This document shows positions 29,795 through 40,309 of a stretch of 64,000 nt of DNA, in pieces. Below the pieces are notes generated by a model. The model saw only the letters and a list, made by a program, of their open reading frames with translations. It ran no database searches and had not been told where the DNA came from. A program made the translations under genes and the position numbers. This DNA comes from Minisyncoccia bacterium (lineage in GTDB: Bacteria > Patescibacteriota > Minisyncoccia > UBA6257 > JAAZHW01), in assembly GCA_041550235.1 (NCBI GenBank), contig JBFEPE010000003.1, positions 1,199-65,198 on the forward strand, written 5' to 3'. Every line of letters begins with the position of its first letter. Position 1 is the first letter of the stretch.

Positions 29795-31171
29795 ATGATT
29801 AAAGTAAAAAATAAAACTAAAAAGGGGGTTAAGAAGAGTAGCAGGAAAAAAATGGCGAAAAAGAGAGTTGTCAAAAAAGTTTCTATAAAGAAGGCAAGCA
29901 AGAAGAAGGCAAAGAGTAGGGCGGGGACAAAAAAGAGAGTTATTAAAAAAGCCCCTGTTAAAAAGACAGCCAAGAAAAAAGTTATTGCAAAAAAGAAAAC
30001 TACTAAAAAAGTTGCTAAAAAATCTATAACAAAAAAGCGAATAAAAAAAGCGCCCTCAAAAAAATCCAAGCCAAAAACAGGATTGGAAAAACTATATGAT
30101 GAGAAAATACAAAAATTAGTAAAGAAAGGCAGAGAAAGAGGATTCATCACAGAAGCCGAAATATTAACTAACTTTCCAGAAATAGAAAAAGATATTTCTC
30201 TTTTGGAGAATATTTATGAATTGTGCGATAAGGCAAAGGTAGAAGTCGTAGAATTCAAAGACCTTTTAGAATTGCCAGATGAGAAAGTATCATTGGAAGA
30301 CATAAAGCAATCAACAAAAGTTGATAATTATGAAGAGATTTCAGATTCTGTTCAGGGTTATTTAAGGGAGATTGGGCGGACCCCCCTTTTGACAGCAAGT
30401 CAAGAAAGAGAGATAGCAAAGAGAGTTGATGAAGGCGATTTGGAAGCAAGACAGCAATTAATTCAAAGCAACTTGAGGTTAGTTGTTTCTATTGCCAAAA
30501 GATATTCAAATAGAAGTAAGAATTTGACACTTCTTGATTTAATACAAGAGGGCAATATTGGATTAGCAAGAGCAGTAGAAAAATTTGACTATACAAAGGG
30601 ATTTAAATTTTCCACTTATGCTACATGGTGGATTAGACAGGCAATAACAAGAGCATTGGCAGACCAAACAAGGATTATCAGGATTCCCGTTCATATGATT
30701 GAAACATTGTCTAAATATAGTCAGACGAGGAAAAGATTAAACCAAGACTTAGGGAGAGACCCGCTACCAGAAGAAATTGCCGCTGAGTTGGGAATAGATG
30801 TGGAAAAAGTTCATTATTTATCAAGAATTGCTCAAGAAACATTATCTTTGGAAAAACCAATTGGTGACGATGATGATAATTCTTATTTAGGGGATTTTGT
30901 TGCTGACGAAAAAACATTATCTCCTGTGCAATCTGCTAGCCGAAGTTTTCTCAAAGACGAATTAAAGGAAGTTTTAATAGATTTGAATGAGAGAGAGCAG
31001 AAAATTTTGAATATGAGATTTGGTTTGGAGGACGGAATTACTCATACATTAGAGGAGGTAGGAAGTGAGTTTGATGTCACAAGGGAAAGAATAAGGCAAA
31101 TTGAGGCAAAGGCATTGGAAAAGTTGAAGTATCATTGGAGAATAAGAGAATTAGGCGAAGAGATAGAGTAG
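29795..31171 (+). CDS. rpoD: Primary sigma factor with Lys-rich N-terminal extension
   Basis: [54 protein letters not shown]. Confidence 0.95.
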   Translation: MIKVKNKTKKGVKKSSRKKMAKKRVVKKVSIKKASKKKAKSRAGTKKRVIKKAPVKKTAKKKVIAKKKTTKKVAKKSITKKRIKKAPSKKSKPKTGLEKLYDEKIQKLVKKGRERGFITEAEILTNFPEIEKDISLLENIYELCDKAKVEVVEFKDLLELPDEKVSLEDIKQSTKVDNYEEISDSVQGYLREIGRTPLLTASQEREIAKRVDEGDLEARQQLIQSNLRLVVSIAKRYSNRSKNLTLLDLIQEGNIGLARAVEKFDYTKGFKFSTYATWWIRQAITRALADQTRIIRIPVHMIETLSKYSQTRKRLNQDLGRDPLPEEIAAELGIDVEKVHYLSRIAQETLSLEKPIGDDDDNSYLGDFVADEKTLSPVQSASRSFLKDELKEVLIDLNEREQKILNMRFGLEDGITHTLEEVGSEFDVTRERIRQIEAKALEKLKYHWRIRELGEEIE

Positions 31172-31188
31172 GGTCATTATTAAAAATT

Positions 31189-31902
31189 ATGTCAGGACAT
31201 TCTAAGTGGTCGACAATTAAACATAAAAAAGCGGCAATGGATGCCAAAAGAAGCCAATTATTTTCCAAAATGGCTGGTTTAATTGCAATTTGTGCGAGAG
31301 ATGGAGCAGACCCAAACTTTAACCCAAAATTAAAAATGGCCATTGATAGGGCGAAGCAGATAAATATGCCTATTGCCAATATAGAAAGAGCAATTAAAAG
31401 GGGTAGTGGGCCAGGAGAGGACTCTAATTTAGAAGAATTATTAATAGAAGCATATGGTCCCAGAGGCAAGGCGATTTTGATTAAAGCCATAACTGATAAT
31501 AAAAATAGGACTATCGCAGAAATAAAAAATATATTAAATAAAAATGGCGGCAAAATGGCAGAGGGCGGAGCAGTTAAATGGCTTTTTGAAGAAAAAGGCG
31601 AGATTATTTTGAAAGAAAGTAAATTGAGTGACGAGGATGAATTGTCAATAATTGATGCTGGCTCGGAAGATATTAAAGTTGGCGGTGGTGAGATTATTGT
31701 TATCACAAATCCAATGGATTTAGATAAAGTTAAAAATAATATTGTTGAAAAGGGGATAGAGGTTGATGATTTTTCTTTATCATTTATTCCTAAAAATATG
31801 GAGGAGATATCAGAGGAAGAAAGAGCAAAATATGAGAAATTATTATCTATTTTAGACGGGCATCAAGATGTAAATGATTTATATTATAATTTTGAAATAT
31901 GA
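31189..31902 (+). CDS. yebC: YebC/PmpR family protein
   Basis: MSGHSKWSTIKHKK, EAYGP, TDNKNRT. Confidence 0.95.
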   Translation: MSGHSKWSTIKHKKAAMDAKRSQLFSKMAGLIAICARDGADPNFNPKLKMAIDRAKQINMPIANIERAIKRGSGPGEDSNLEELLIEAYGPRGKAILIKAITDNKNRTIAEIKNILNKNGGKMAEGGAVKWLFEEKGEIILKESKLSDEDELSIIDAGSEDIKVGGGEIIVITNPMDLDKVKNNIVEKGIEVDDFSLSFIPKNMEEISEEERAKYEKLLSILDGHQDVNDLYYNFEI

Positions 31903-32390
31903 TTCGTATATTAGGAATTGATCCGGGAACAAAAAGGGTTGGATATGGATTGGTGGAAAAGAAAGATGGCAATTTTTTTCCTCTTGATTATGGTTGCCTT
32001 GAGTCGTCTCTAATTTCAGAAGGCGATATTTTAGAGGATATTTTTTGTAAAATTTCTGATATCATTAAAAAATATGAGCCAGATATTGTTTCAATAGAAA
32101 AATTATTTTTTTTCAAAAATCAAAAAACAATTATTTCAGTTTCTCAATCAAGGGGGGTAATAATTTTAGCTTGCCGAAAATTAGGCAAAAGAATTATTGA
32201 GCCGACTCCCTTGCAAATCAAAACCTGTCTCACAAGTTATGGCAGGGCAGATAAGAAGGCGGTTGCCGAGATGGTAGGGCAACTTTTGAAGTTGGATAAG
32301 TTGCCCAAATTGGATGATACGACAGATGCCCTCGCCTGCGCCCTCACTTCCTTCTATCTTATGAGGGATAATCTTTTTGACAAATGTTAA
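31899..32390 (+). CDS. ruvC: Holliday junction resolvase
   Basis: ILGIDPG, IEKLFF, GRADK, DDTTDALA. Confidence 0.96.
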   Translation: MIRILGIDPGTKRVGYGLVEKKDGNFFPLDYGCLESSLISEGDILEDIFCKISDIIKKYEPDIVSIEKLFFFKNQKTIISVSQSRGVIILACRKLGKRIIEPTPLQIKTCLTSYGRADKKAVAEMVGQLLKLDKLPKLDDTTDALACALTSFYLMRDNLFDKC

Positions 32391-32435
32391 AATATTTGTA
32401 ATATAATAGGTATCTAAATAATAAGAAAAAATAAT

Positions 32436-32882
32436 ATGTTAGCAATAAAATTAAGACCAGTTGGCAAAAAAAAGCAGATAAGTTATCGGGTGGTGGTTTC
32501 TGAAAAAAAATCAAAATTAAAGGGTAGGTTTATTGATGACCTTGGATTTTATAATCCTCATAGCAAAATGTCGGAATTAAAGGAAGATAAGATAAAATAT
32601 TGGTTATCGCAAGGAGTTAGGCCAACTGATACGGTTTACAATTTGCTTGTTTCAAAAGGAATAATTGAGGGAGAGAAGAAAAAAATCAATCTCACTCCTT
32701 CTAAGAAGGAGAAGACGGTAAAAGAAGAATTTAAAGAAGAGGTGGCTGATGAAAAGAAAGAAGAAGCAAAAGAGCCAGCCAAAGAAGAGCCAGTTGAAGA
32801 AAAAAAAGAGGAGGAGGAAATAGCGAAAGAAGAAGGGGCTGAAAAAGCCGAGGGAGAAGAAGAGAAAAAAGAGAAGGCATAA
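32436..32882 (+). CDS. rpsP: 30S ribosomal protein S16 with acidic C-terminal tail
   Basis: GKKKQISYRVVV, LGFYNP, WLSQG.RPTDTV. Confidence 0.95.
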   Translation: MLAIKLRPVGKKKQISYRVVVSEKKSKLKGRFIDDLGFYNPHSKMSELKEDKIKYWLSQGVRPTDTVYNLLVSKGIIEGEKKKINLTPSKKEKTVKEEFKEEVADEKKEEAKEPAKEEPVEEKKEEEEIAKEEGAEKAEGEEEKKEKA

Positions 32883-32898
32883 TGTTGATGATATAATT

Positions 32899-32935
32899 AA
32901 AAAACATCCAATCTCAAAAAGTTAGGATGTTTTTT
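32899..32935. terminator. Bidirectional terminator between rpsP and rnpB
   Basis: AAAAAACATCC...GGATGTTTTTT. Confidence 0.75.
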
Positions 32936-33370
32936 AATTCAACAATAATAAGCCGGATTCTGTATCAACAATCATTTATCTATGAATAGTGTCGCCACTA
33001 TTCTATAGCGATCCACCTTTTCGCTTATAAAAAGCGATTTGATCTTGCACCGGATAGGGCTTGCCAGCAATGGCTTATCACTAAGCCCGCATAAGAGTAG
33101 CAATTATGAAAATCACATCTCTTATCTTTTCACCTTTCTCCAGCCCCACTTTTATTTCTAAAAGTGGGGCTGGGTAGTATTGTCTCTGTGGCGCTTTCCC
33201 TATCCAGCACCACTTTTATTTCTAAAAGTGGTGCTGGGCGGTTGGTGTTACCAACTATCCATTTTCCAATATTTATATTTAATAATAAAATAATAAATAT
33301 TTTGGGTGTCCGGACTTTCCTCTTCTTATGTTGCCGAAGCAATATAAGAAGCGATTGCTTTTGCCGAATT
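32936..33370 (-). ncRNA. rnpB: RNase P RNA
   Basis: Minus strand GAGGAAAGTCCGG, AGCGCCACAGA and ACAGAATCCGGCTTA; P1 AATTCGGCAA/TTGTTGAATT; upstream promoter TTGACT...TAAGAT. Confidence 0.95.
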
Positions 33371-33468
33371 GCCCATATCTTAACATAATTTAATAATAAG
33401 TCAATTTTTGATTTTTGAAAGTAAAATCAAAAATTTACTATATTTCGCCTATGATTTTAAAAGACAAG

Positions 33469-33945
33469 AATATCCCCCCGCCTTCGGCGGGGGGATATTG
33501 AATAAATTTATCACTTTTATTCTCTCTCTTGTTACCTCCGCCTGTGGCAGACATTCTGCCCGCGAAGTATTTTATATCCGCCTCTGGCGGAGCGGAGGTC
33601 TAAAAGTCACGGCAAACATGATGAATTATGTTTGAGATTCCCCGCCTAAGGCGGGCAGGCTGCCGGAGTATTATCCGCCTCTGGCGGACAGGAATGACAA
33701 AAAAGAGGGTGGAATAGCATGTTCTTATCTTTCCACACTTTTGAAATGATGATGATTTACCTCCCCCGCCCCGAAGGGGCGGGGGAGGATATTCTTATCT
33801 TTCCACAATTTTGGACAATACTATCAATCCTCCTCCGCCTGTGGCGGAGGAGGATCTTTCCACACTTTTAGATAATAATACAACTATGCCTCGCCCTGCG
33901 AAGCAGGGCAAGGCATATCATCAAATTATCATCTTTCCACACCTT
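33469..33945. repeat. Dense palindrome cluster with four TCTTTCCACA units
   Basis: Several hairpins; TCTTTCCACA near 33728, 33798, 33855, 33932. Confidence 0.85.
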
Positions 33946-33978
33946 TAAATAAAATAAATAACAATTATAATATAGATA

Positions 33979-34809
33979 ATGATAAACATTTTCAAAAATA
34001 AGAAAGCCACTTCATTTATAATTCTCTCAATTGCATTGATAATAGCAATTATTTTGATATCTAATGGTGGGGAAGAGGTGGTGATTGGAATAAATAGCGA
34101 TATAAAAAACGACCAAGAAAATAAAGCAAGCGGTTTCCAATTAGAAAGAGATGGAGAAAAATTAGGAATAATTGGAGTGAACGATTTGTCTCAATACTTA
34201 ACTACTCAATCAAAAAAAAGAAACCTCACAAGAGACTTGGCCGATAAATTATCGCTTGGTTTTGTTGAGGCAAATGAATTTAATGAAGACCCATCGCAAG
34301 GTGTTTTCACTCCTGACGGTTATAGCATAATATCCACCTCATTAGAAGACTACAGCAATGAGTTTGGTTTGAAAAAAGACTTCATTACAATAAAAGATTT
34401 AAATATTGGGGGGGATAATTCTCAAGAAGCAATTCTTTCATATTATACTCAATATAGAGATACCATAAGTGAAGAAGTTGATAAGTTGGATATTTTAAAT
34501 AGATTAAATAAATTCAATGAGAGCAAGAATTTAAGTTATATTTTTGATATAATAGATGGGTATGATTCATTAATTTCAAAAATGAAAAAAATAAAAGTTC
34601 CAAGTGATTTTATAGAACTTCATTTGGAAAATATAAATTTATATATTTCTCAAAAATCTATTTTTGGCTCATTGGCTCAAATCAATGATGACCCATTAAG
34701 GTCTCTCACTGCAATAAATTTATTAGAAGAAACAGAAGATAAGTTGAGTGATTTGGGATTGGAATTTGCTTCTGCTCTTGAAAAAAATGGATTTAAAATT
34801 ATTTATTAA
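33979..34809 (+). CDS. Hypothetical membrane-anchored protein, T4SS-like cluster
   Basis: N-terminal TM; C-terminal VPSDF..LH...DPLRSL. Confidence 0.75.
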   Translation: MINIFKNKKATSFIILSIALIIAIILISNGGEEVVIGINSDIKNDQENKASGFQLERDGEKLGIIGVNDLSQYLTTQSKKRNLTRDLADKLSLGFVEANEFNEDPSQGVFTPDGYSIISTSLEDYSNEFGLKKDFITIKDLNIGGDNSQEAILSYYTQYRDTISEEVDKLDILNRLNKFNESKNLSYIFDIIDGYDSLISKMKKIKVPSDFIELHLENINLYISQKSIFGSLAQINDDPLRSLTAINLLEETEDKLSDLGLEFASALEKNGFKIIY

Positions 34810-34814
34810 ATAAT

Positions 34815-36389
34815 ATGCCATTCAAAAGAACAATTTTGCTATTCATTATTTTCACATTCGTATTTCAGGGAGTGGGAATGTCCTTTGTTTTTAAAAAAGC
34901 TCAGGCAGGCTTGCCGGTCTCAGTTATTGCATATAGCCCCTTAGCTATGGGCATAAAGGCGGTTGCTGATAAGGCAACACAAACATTCATTAAAAAAGTA
35001 GTAGAAACTTTAATAGAAATCGCGAAAGAATATTTAAGAATAAGATTATTGGATTATCTCGTTGGGCAAACAGTGGCATGGATAAATAATGGTTTTAGAG
35101 GTGGTCCATATTTTGTTACAAATTGGAAGGATTTTTTATTAGAGGCAGGAGTTAATGCAGTGGGAGATTATCTTTCTCAAAGCAAGTATAAGAGAATTTG
35201 TTCGCCCTTTAACTATGATATTAGATTGAATTTGGGTGGCTTTCAGCAAATGCCTTCAACAGCTTGCACATTGGATTGGGTAGTGAATGACATTGAAAGA
35301 TATTGGGGCGATAGAGGATTTTTTGAGGGCGGATTGGCTGCTTTTGGAGAATCTCTTAAAATGCAAAATAATATATATGGTGCAAATATGATAGCCGAAA
35401 AAGAGATGGAGATGGAAGTATTGAGAGAAATAACACTCAAAGAAGCATTTGGCTCGCAGGCTGGTTTTCAAAATACAAGAAGATGTATTGAGGCAGTCAA
35501 AGATCCCGATACTGGGAAGTCAAAATGCTTAAAGTGGCAAATCACTACTCCCGGAGGAGTAATTGCTGGAAAACTTCAAAAGGCATTGAATGTTGATATT
35601 GATAAAATTCTTAGTGCAGATGAATTTACCACTTATGCAGCTGCAATTATAGATGCTCTAATAAACCAACTGATAAAGGCAGGAATGAATGGATTATTTG
35701 GTTTGGCTGATGGCGGAGGGTCGGCTGACCCCGGCGACATCCCCGACCTTCCTCCATTGCTCTATGTTTGTAATAAAACTGCATTTGTTTGCAGACCAGT
35801 ATTTGAGGACGATAATATGTTAGAGGGGGTTAGAGAAACATATAGTACTGCTGATGAGTGTAATGAAAAATGTGTTGATGATACTGACCCAGATGAAGGG
35901 GGCAAAAAGACATATAATGACAACCTACTTGCTTGTGAGAAAGGAATATTTGTGAGAGCAAGACCGCCATCAGGTTGTGCTGATGGAATCTGTAATAGAT
36001 GCACTGGCATTGGAGGAGTATATGCATCTGAATCATGCTTTGTTTTCTGCAAGCACACAAAAGATGCAGAATGGAAATCAGGGGCAAATAATGGAAAACA
36101 ATTTAGCGAGGAAGAAGTAAATTCTGTTACTAATTTCTTTGGGTTGTCATCGCCAGCAGGTGGTTGTTTTTGCCAAACAGAAATAGGGGAGTATCCATTT
36201 TATGATTATGATGGAGTGGGGCATTTTAAATCATCATGTCTTGAATGCAATGACGAGACATTATTTGGGGCAAGATTGTGTAGAAGCACAACTTGGTGCA
36301 AGTATCAATTAAATCAATCTCCATCGCCTTCTCCAAGTCCATCGCCTTCTCCACCTCCATTGCCATCCCCATCCCCACCCGTGTTCTAA
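34815..36389 (+). CDS. Exported protein with Cys-rich domain and (SP)n tail, T4SS-like cluster
   Basis: Signal peptide, WINNGF.G.P.FV.NW, ITTPG; many Cys; SPSPSPSP end. Confidence 0.75.
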   Translation: MPFKRTILLFIIFTFVFQGVGMSFVFKKAQAGLPVSVIAYSPLAMGIKAVADKATQTFIKKVVETLIEIAKEYLRIRLLDYLVGQTVAWINNGFRGGPYFVTNWKDFLLEAGVNAVGDYLSQSKYKRICSPFNYDIRLNLGGFQQMPSTACTLDWVVNDIERYWGDRGFFEGGLAAFGESLKMQNNIYGANMIAEKEMEMEVLREITLKEAFGSQAGFQNTRRCIEAVKDPDTGKSKCLKWQITTPGGVIAGKLQKALNVDIDKILSADEFTTYAAAIIDALINQLIKAGMNGLFGLADGGGSADPGDIPDLPPLLYVCNKTAFVCRPVFEDDNMLEGVRETYSTADECNEKCVDDTDPDEGGKKTYNDNLLACEKGIFVRARPPSGCADGICNRCTGIGGVYASESCFVFCKHTKDAEWKSGANNGKQFSEEEVNSVTNFFGLSSPAGGCFCQTEIGEYPFYDYDGVGHFKSSCLECNDETLFGARLCRSTTWCKYQLNQSPSPSPSPSPSPPPLPSPSPPVF

Positions 36390-36472
36390 TATATAATACC
36401 CGCCTTCGTTAAAACTTCGGCGGGCGAAACCCGCCTTCACTCTAAAGAGTTTCGGCGAGGCGAAGTAAAAAA

Positions 36473-39049
36473 ATGAATAATGTCGCTAAAAAAATTAAAG
36501 AATTTTTGAAAAAAACAATTTTAAACCGAAAAACAAAATTGGGTGTTTTTTCGGGGATTGCTTTAAATTCCTGTTTGATTATTAAGGCAAAAGCAGGTGT
36601 GATGTCTGCGATAGGAACGATAGGCACAGAAGTAGCTTCGTTGATTGGCTCATTAATTCTCCCTATAGGTAAATGGGTTATAAGTGAGGCAGTAAAGGGT
36701 ATTATTGCATTAGTTCAACTTATTGTCGGGCAATTAATTGCATTAGAAATTAATCTTCTATCGTGGGTAATAAGTATACAAAACTTTACAACACTTCCGA
36801 TAGTGAGATTGGGATGGAGAATCACAAGAGATTTTTCAAATATTCTCTTCATAGCAGTTTTAATATATCTTGCTTTTGCAATAATATTAAGAGTTCAAAA
36901 TTACAATGCCAGCAGTATGCTTTGGAAGGTAATTGTAATGGCAGTTCTAATAAACTTTAGCTTGATGATAGGAGGAGTTATCATTGACATAAGTCAAGTA
37001 TTTTTCTTTTACTTCTTAAGAGCTCCTTTTGGTGACAAAGTGGAATATAATCCCGCTAATACTGGGTTGGCAATTGGTGACCGATTGCAATTAAATAAGA
37101 TATTGGCGAATGATCAATCACTGGCAGGCTCAACTGGGGGAGGAGAAGAATCAAAACAAAATAGAGAACTTGGTTTGGTCGGAAGGGCTGTATTTGTCGT
37201 CATATTCTCATTTGTTTATGCATTAGTCCTCGGGGCATTAGTTCTCATTCTATTTGTTAGAAATCTTTATTTATGGATACTTCTTATTTTCTCTCCAATT
37301 GCATGGGTTGCACAGGTTATTCCAATCAAACAAATTAGTGGATTCTTTAATCAATGGTGGAGTGAATTTATGAAATGGGTTTTCGTAGCACCAATAATTG
37401 CCTTCTTTATATTCTTATCGCTTTACACGACAGAAGTAATAGATGATTTTGGAAAAGAAAGCACAAATAAAATATTAGTGGATAATTTTTATGATGATGA
37501 GAAGGCAGCTGAAAAAACAGAGCATTCAAGTCTATTTTTTGGAAGAGCACAAACGAATATATTTGGATTACATATTTTTACAAACTCTTTCTTTGTTGTA
37601 ATTTTCTTGTTGGTTGGAATGAAGGTTACTCAATCAATGGGATTTAAAATCGCTGGCTCCGCCCTGAATCTTGCCGGCCAAGCAAGAAAAATGGCGACTG
37701 ATTATGCATGGAAAAAGACAAAAGAAACTGGCAGAAGAGTTACCCAAACTGGCGCTCGTCTCTTATCGGAGGGGACAGGTATTGCAACAAGATTTATAGT
37801 TCCTGAAAAGTGGCGGACAGGACTTGGCAAATTTGTTGGTGGTGCATCAAAAGTTCCTATTGTTGGAGCTCCCTTTAAGGCAATGACAAGGGGAATTGAG
37901 AAATTATCAGCAGGTGCTCCTAAGATGAGAGAGAGTTTAGTAAAGCAGGGTGAAGAAAGAATGAAGAATATGTCAAATGATCAAATAAAGAGGAAGTTGG
38001 AATTAGGGCAATTTGATAGATATGAAAAAATTGCCGCTCAAAGAAAAATAGGTGTTGCAAATGAAAAACATTTCAAAGATTTGCAGGGTATTTATAAGGC
38101 AAATAATATGCAAGATGATTTGGCTAATCTAAAGAAAGAAAATCCTTATTGGACAGATGAATTTAAGAATTTAGCGAAAGGATATGATGATATTAAGAAG
38201 AATAGATTGGATACAAAAGCAGGTAGCGAATTGGCTAAGAAGCAAATTAGCGATGAGGAAAGAGCGATTATGAAGGCAGATCCAAAATGGAGCGATCAAG
38301 ACATATTGGCAGAATCATATAAGAGAGCTCTTGCTAATCAATTTAAGGGATTTGATGCAGATAAGATGGCTATTAATTTTGAAAAAGATGAGGCATTTAA
38401 GAATCCAGATTCTATTTCAAATCAGGCATTAGCAGTTGTTGCCTCAAAACAAAAATATGGCAGATTTGCCGACAAGGTAATTGATAAGATGAGTCCAAGT
38501 CAAGCAGGTAAGTTGATGAAGAATGTGGTTGAGGAACTTGGAGGTGGTCAAAAGGGTGTGAGTGCCGCAAATACATTGGGTTATGGTGGTTTGGGTAATG
38601 ATAAGCCAAAAGGTGGAGATTTTTCACCTGGTCTTGTTTTGACTGAAAGCACATTGAGAGATATTGCAAATGATTTGGGAGTCAAATCACCCGAACCTCA
38701 GCCAGAAGATAGAACTTCTCAATATCAAGAGGAATACAAGGAGGTAAAAGAACCATTCCAACCACCACCAGTAAAAACCCCAACTCCTCCACCAACAGGC
38801 GGCCCTACCCCAACCCCAACCCCATCTCCCGGGCAGCAAATGCCTCCGCCTCTTGATACAGCAGAATTAAAAAAGATTGAATTTGATAATATAGCTGAAA
38901 GAACGGCAAATCAAGGCAAGATAATAAACAAAGATTTGTTATACAAATTAATGGATAAGGGTGTCACCGCGAGTGATATAGAAAATAATAGATTAACATT
39001 GGAAGATGGACCATTTAATGAATGGGCAGAAAGAAAATTGAATGAATGA
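36473..39049 (+). CDS. VirB6/TrbL-like polytopic membrane protein with long C-terminal extension
   Basis: GWRITRDFSN, AVLINFSL, RNLYLWILLIFSPIAW, QWWSEF; Pro-rich region. Confidence 0.75.
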   Translation: MNNVAKKIKEFLKKTILNRKTKLGVFSGIALNSCLIIKAKAGVMSAIGTIGTEVASLIGSLILPIGKWVISEAVKGIIALVQLIVGQLIALEINLLSWVISIQNFTTLPIVRLGWRITRDFSNILFIAVLIYLAFAIILRVQNYNASSMLWKVIVMAVLINFSLMIGGVIIDISQVFFFYFLRAPFGDKVEYNPANTGLAIGDRLQLNKILANDQSLAGSTGGGEESKQNRELGLVGRAVFVVIFSFVYALVLGALVLILFVRNLYLWILLIFSPIAWVAQVIPIKQISGFFNQWWSEFMKWVFVAPIIAFFIFLSLYTTEVIDDFGKESTNKILVDNFYDDEKAAEKTEHSSLFFGRAQTNIFGLHIFTNSFFVVIFLLVGMKVTQSMGFKIAGSALNLAGQARKMATDYAWKKTKETGRRVTQTGARLLSEGTGIATRFIVPEKWRTGLGKFVGGASKVPIVGAPFKAMTRGIEKLSAGAPKMRESLVKQGEERMKNMSNDQIKRKLELGQFDRYEKIAAQRKIGVANEKHFKDLQGIYKANNMQDDLANLKKENPYWTDEFKNLAKGYDDIKKNRLDTKAGSELAKKQISDEERAIMKADPKWSDQDILAESYKRALANQFKGFDADKMAINFEKDEAFKNPDSISNQALAVVASKQKYGRFADKVIDKMSPSQAGKLMKNVVEELGGGQKGVSAANTLGYGGLGNDKPKGGDFSPGLVLTESTLRDIANDLGVKSPEPQPEDRTSQYQEEYKEVKEPFQPPPVKTPTPPPTGGPTPTPTPSPGQQMPPPLDTAELKKIEFDNIAERTANQGKIINKDLLYKLMDKGVTASDIENNRLTLEDGPFNEWAERKLNE

Positions 39050-39121
39050 TGAAATAAAAAAACAGAGTGTTTTGAAATTTCAAAACACTCTGTTTGATTA
39101 TAATAAAATTTATAATTTTTC

Positions 39122-40081
39122 TTACTTTTTTTTGAGATCGATCATTCCAGACAAATCAGCAACATATTGAAGTGGGTTTTGTGTAATCAGCGTATTGCCA
39201 TTCTCTGCGAAAGTATTGAGAATTCCTTGATTATCTTGATACCTGACGATTCCAAGGGCTTCTTTAAATGTGATTTTGAACTCTTCCATGAGGGATTTTA
39301 TCGTCTTTTCAACCGCCTTAATTTCTTCCTCTTCTCCTATTCTTTTTGCTTCGGCTTTCTCTTTAGCGACTTCTTTTTCTTTTTTTGCTTTTTCTATAGC
39401 AGTATAAGAAGCAAGAAGTGTTGGGTCTTCTGGTTCAATATTTAGTATTTTACAAACCACATCCTGTCCAAATTTTTCATCAAGGTGATTTTCAATCATC
39501 CTTGATAACTCCATCGTATCTTTAGATTTCAAATTAATCCATGTCCCATTTTCTCTAGCGAGACTTCTTATTCCCCCTTCTATTGTAAATAATAGTGTGG
39601 CATCTGGGTTATCTGTTTTGTAGGTAAAATTTCGCACATTTGATATTAGATTTTCCTTGTTTGTGCCATGAATTTGAGTCTCAATTAGCATATCAAATTT
39701 TAATGGGACATTATCTTCGCAAATTATGTCATTATAGGTCTTTGGAAAAACTTTTTTCATGAGATTGATTTCATATTTACCTAATTTCTTCACTTTTTTC
39801 TCAAGGGGGAACCATATAAAATGGGGTCCTTTTGTCAGAATCCTGGAATCTCTACCTAGAAATTGAGTAGCGACTGCTGTTTTCTCCTCAACTATCAGAA
39901 AGGCTTTTTTCAAGTAGAAGAAGGTGATTATAAGGGTTATAACTATTGAAGCAGGGAGAACAACCGATGGAAGTGGGATGAGGGACATTATCAGAAAAAG
40001 AATCAACCAAAAAACAAAAACTGCCGCAAAACCAATCAATAAATTTTTTGCTTTTCCAAATAAAGCTTTTAGAATATCCAT
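39122..40081 (-). CDS. SPFH/band-7-like membrane protein (solo unit)
   Basis: 2 TM, IVEEK...FLGR...L.KGPHFIWF, coiled AKKEKEVAKEKAEA; own promoter, SD and terminator (39060-39095). Confidence 0.75.
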   Translation of the reverse strand: MDILKALFGKAKNLLIGFAAVFVFWLILFLIMSLIPLPSVVLPASIVITLIITFFYLKKAFLIVEEKTAVATQFLGRDSRILTKGPHFIWFPLEKKVKKLGKYEINLMKKVFPKTYNDIICEDNVPLKFDMLIETQIHGTNKENLISNVRNFTYKTDNPDATLLFTIEGGIRSLARENGTWINLKSKDTMELSRMIENHLDEKFGQDVVCKILNIEPEDPTLLASYTAIEKAKKEKEVAKEKAEAKRIGEEEEIKAVEKTIKSLMEEFKITFKEALGIVRYQDNQGILNTFAENGNTLITQNPLQYVADLSGMIDLKKK

Positions 40082-40309
40082 TTTAATTTCTCCTTTTTTA
40101 ATCTATATTTATTTTTTAATTCTCACCGTAATTGGCTGGGTGTATTATATCACAAATAAAGAATTTGTCAATATTGATTATATTTTATAAGTTATAATGT
40201 TTGTATTGATATATTTTTCAAGAGTGAGAAGGAGAGACTACCCCGCCCCTTCGGGGCGGGGTAGTCAAGAATTTTAAATAAAAAATGTGAGGTATAATAT
40301 AATAAATAT

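Noticed and set aside
29767-30150. Hydrophobic antisense ORFs (also 41016-41321, 41600-41896, 55537-56187)
   Set aside because: They are shadows of Lys/Glu-rich sense genes; A-rich codons read as Phe/Leu on the other strand
31135-31188. Overlap of yebC with the rpoD 3' end
   Set aside because: The conserved YebC start MSGHSKW is at 31189, so there is no overlap
33130-33635. ORFs 33130-33342, 33164-33388 and 33408-33635
   Set aside because: They overlap the RNase P RNA or repeat elements and have no protein-like features
33720-33945. CRISPR array
   Set aside because: The repeat is only 10-16 bp, spacing is irregular, the intervening pieces are related palindromes, and no cas gene is present
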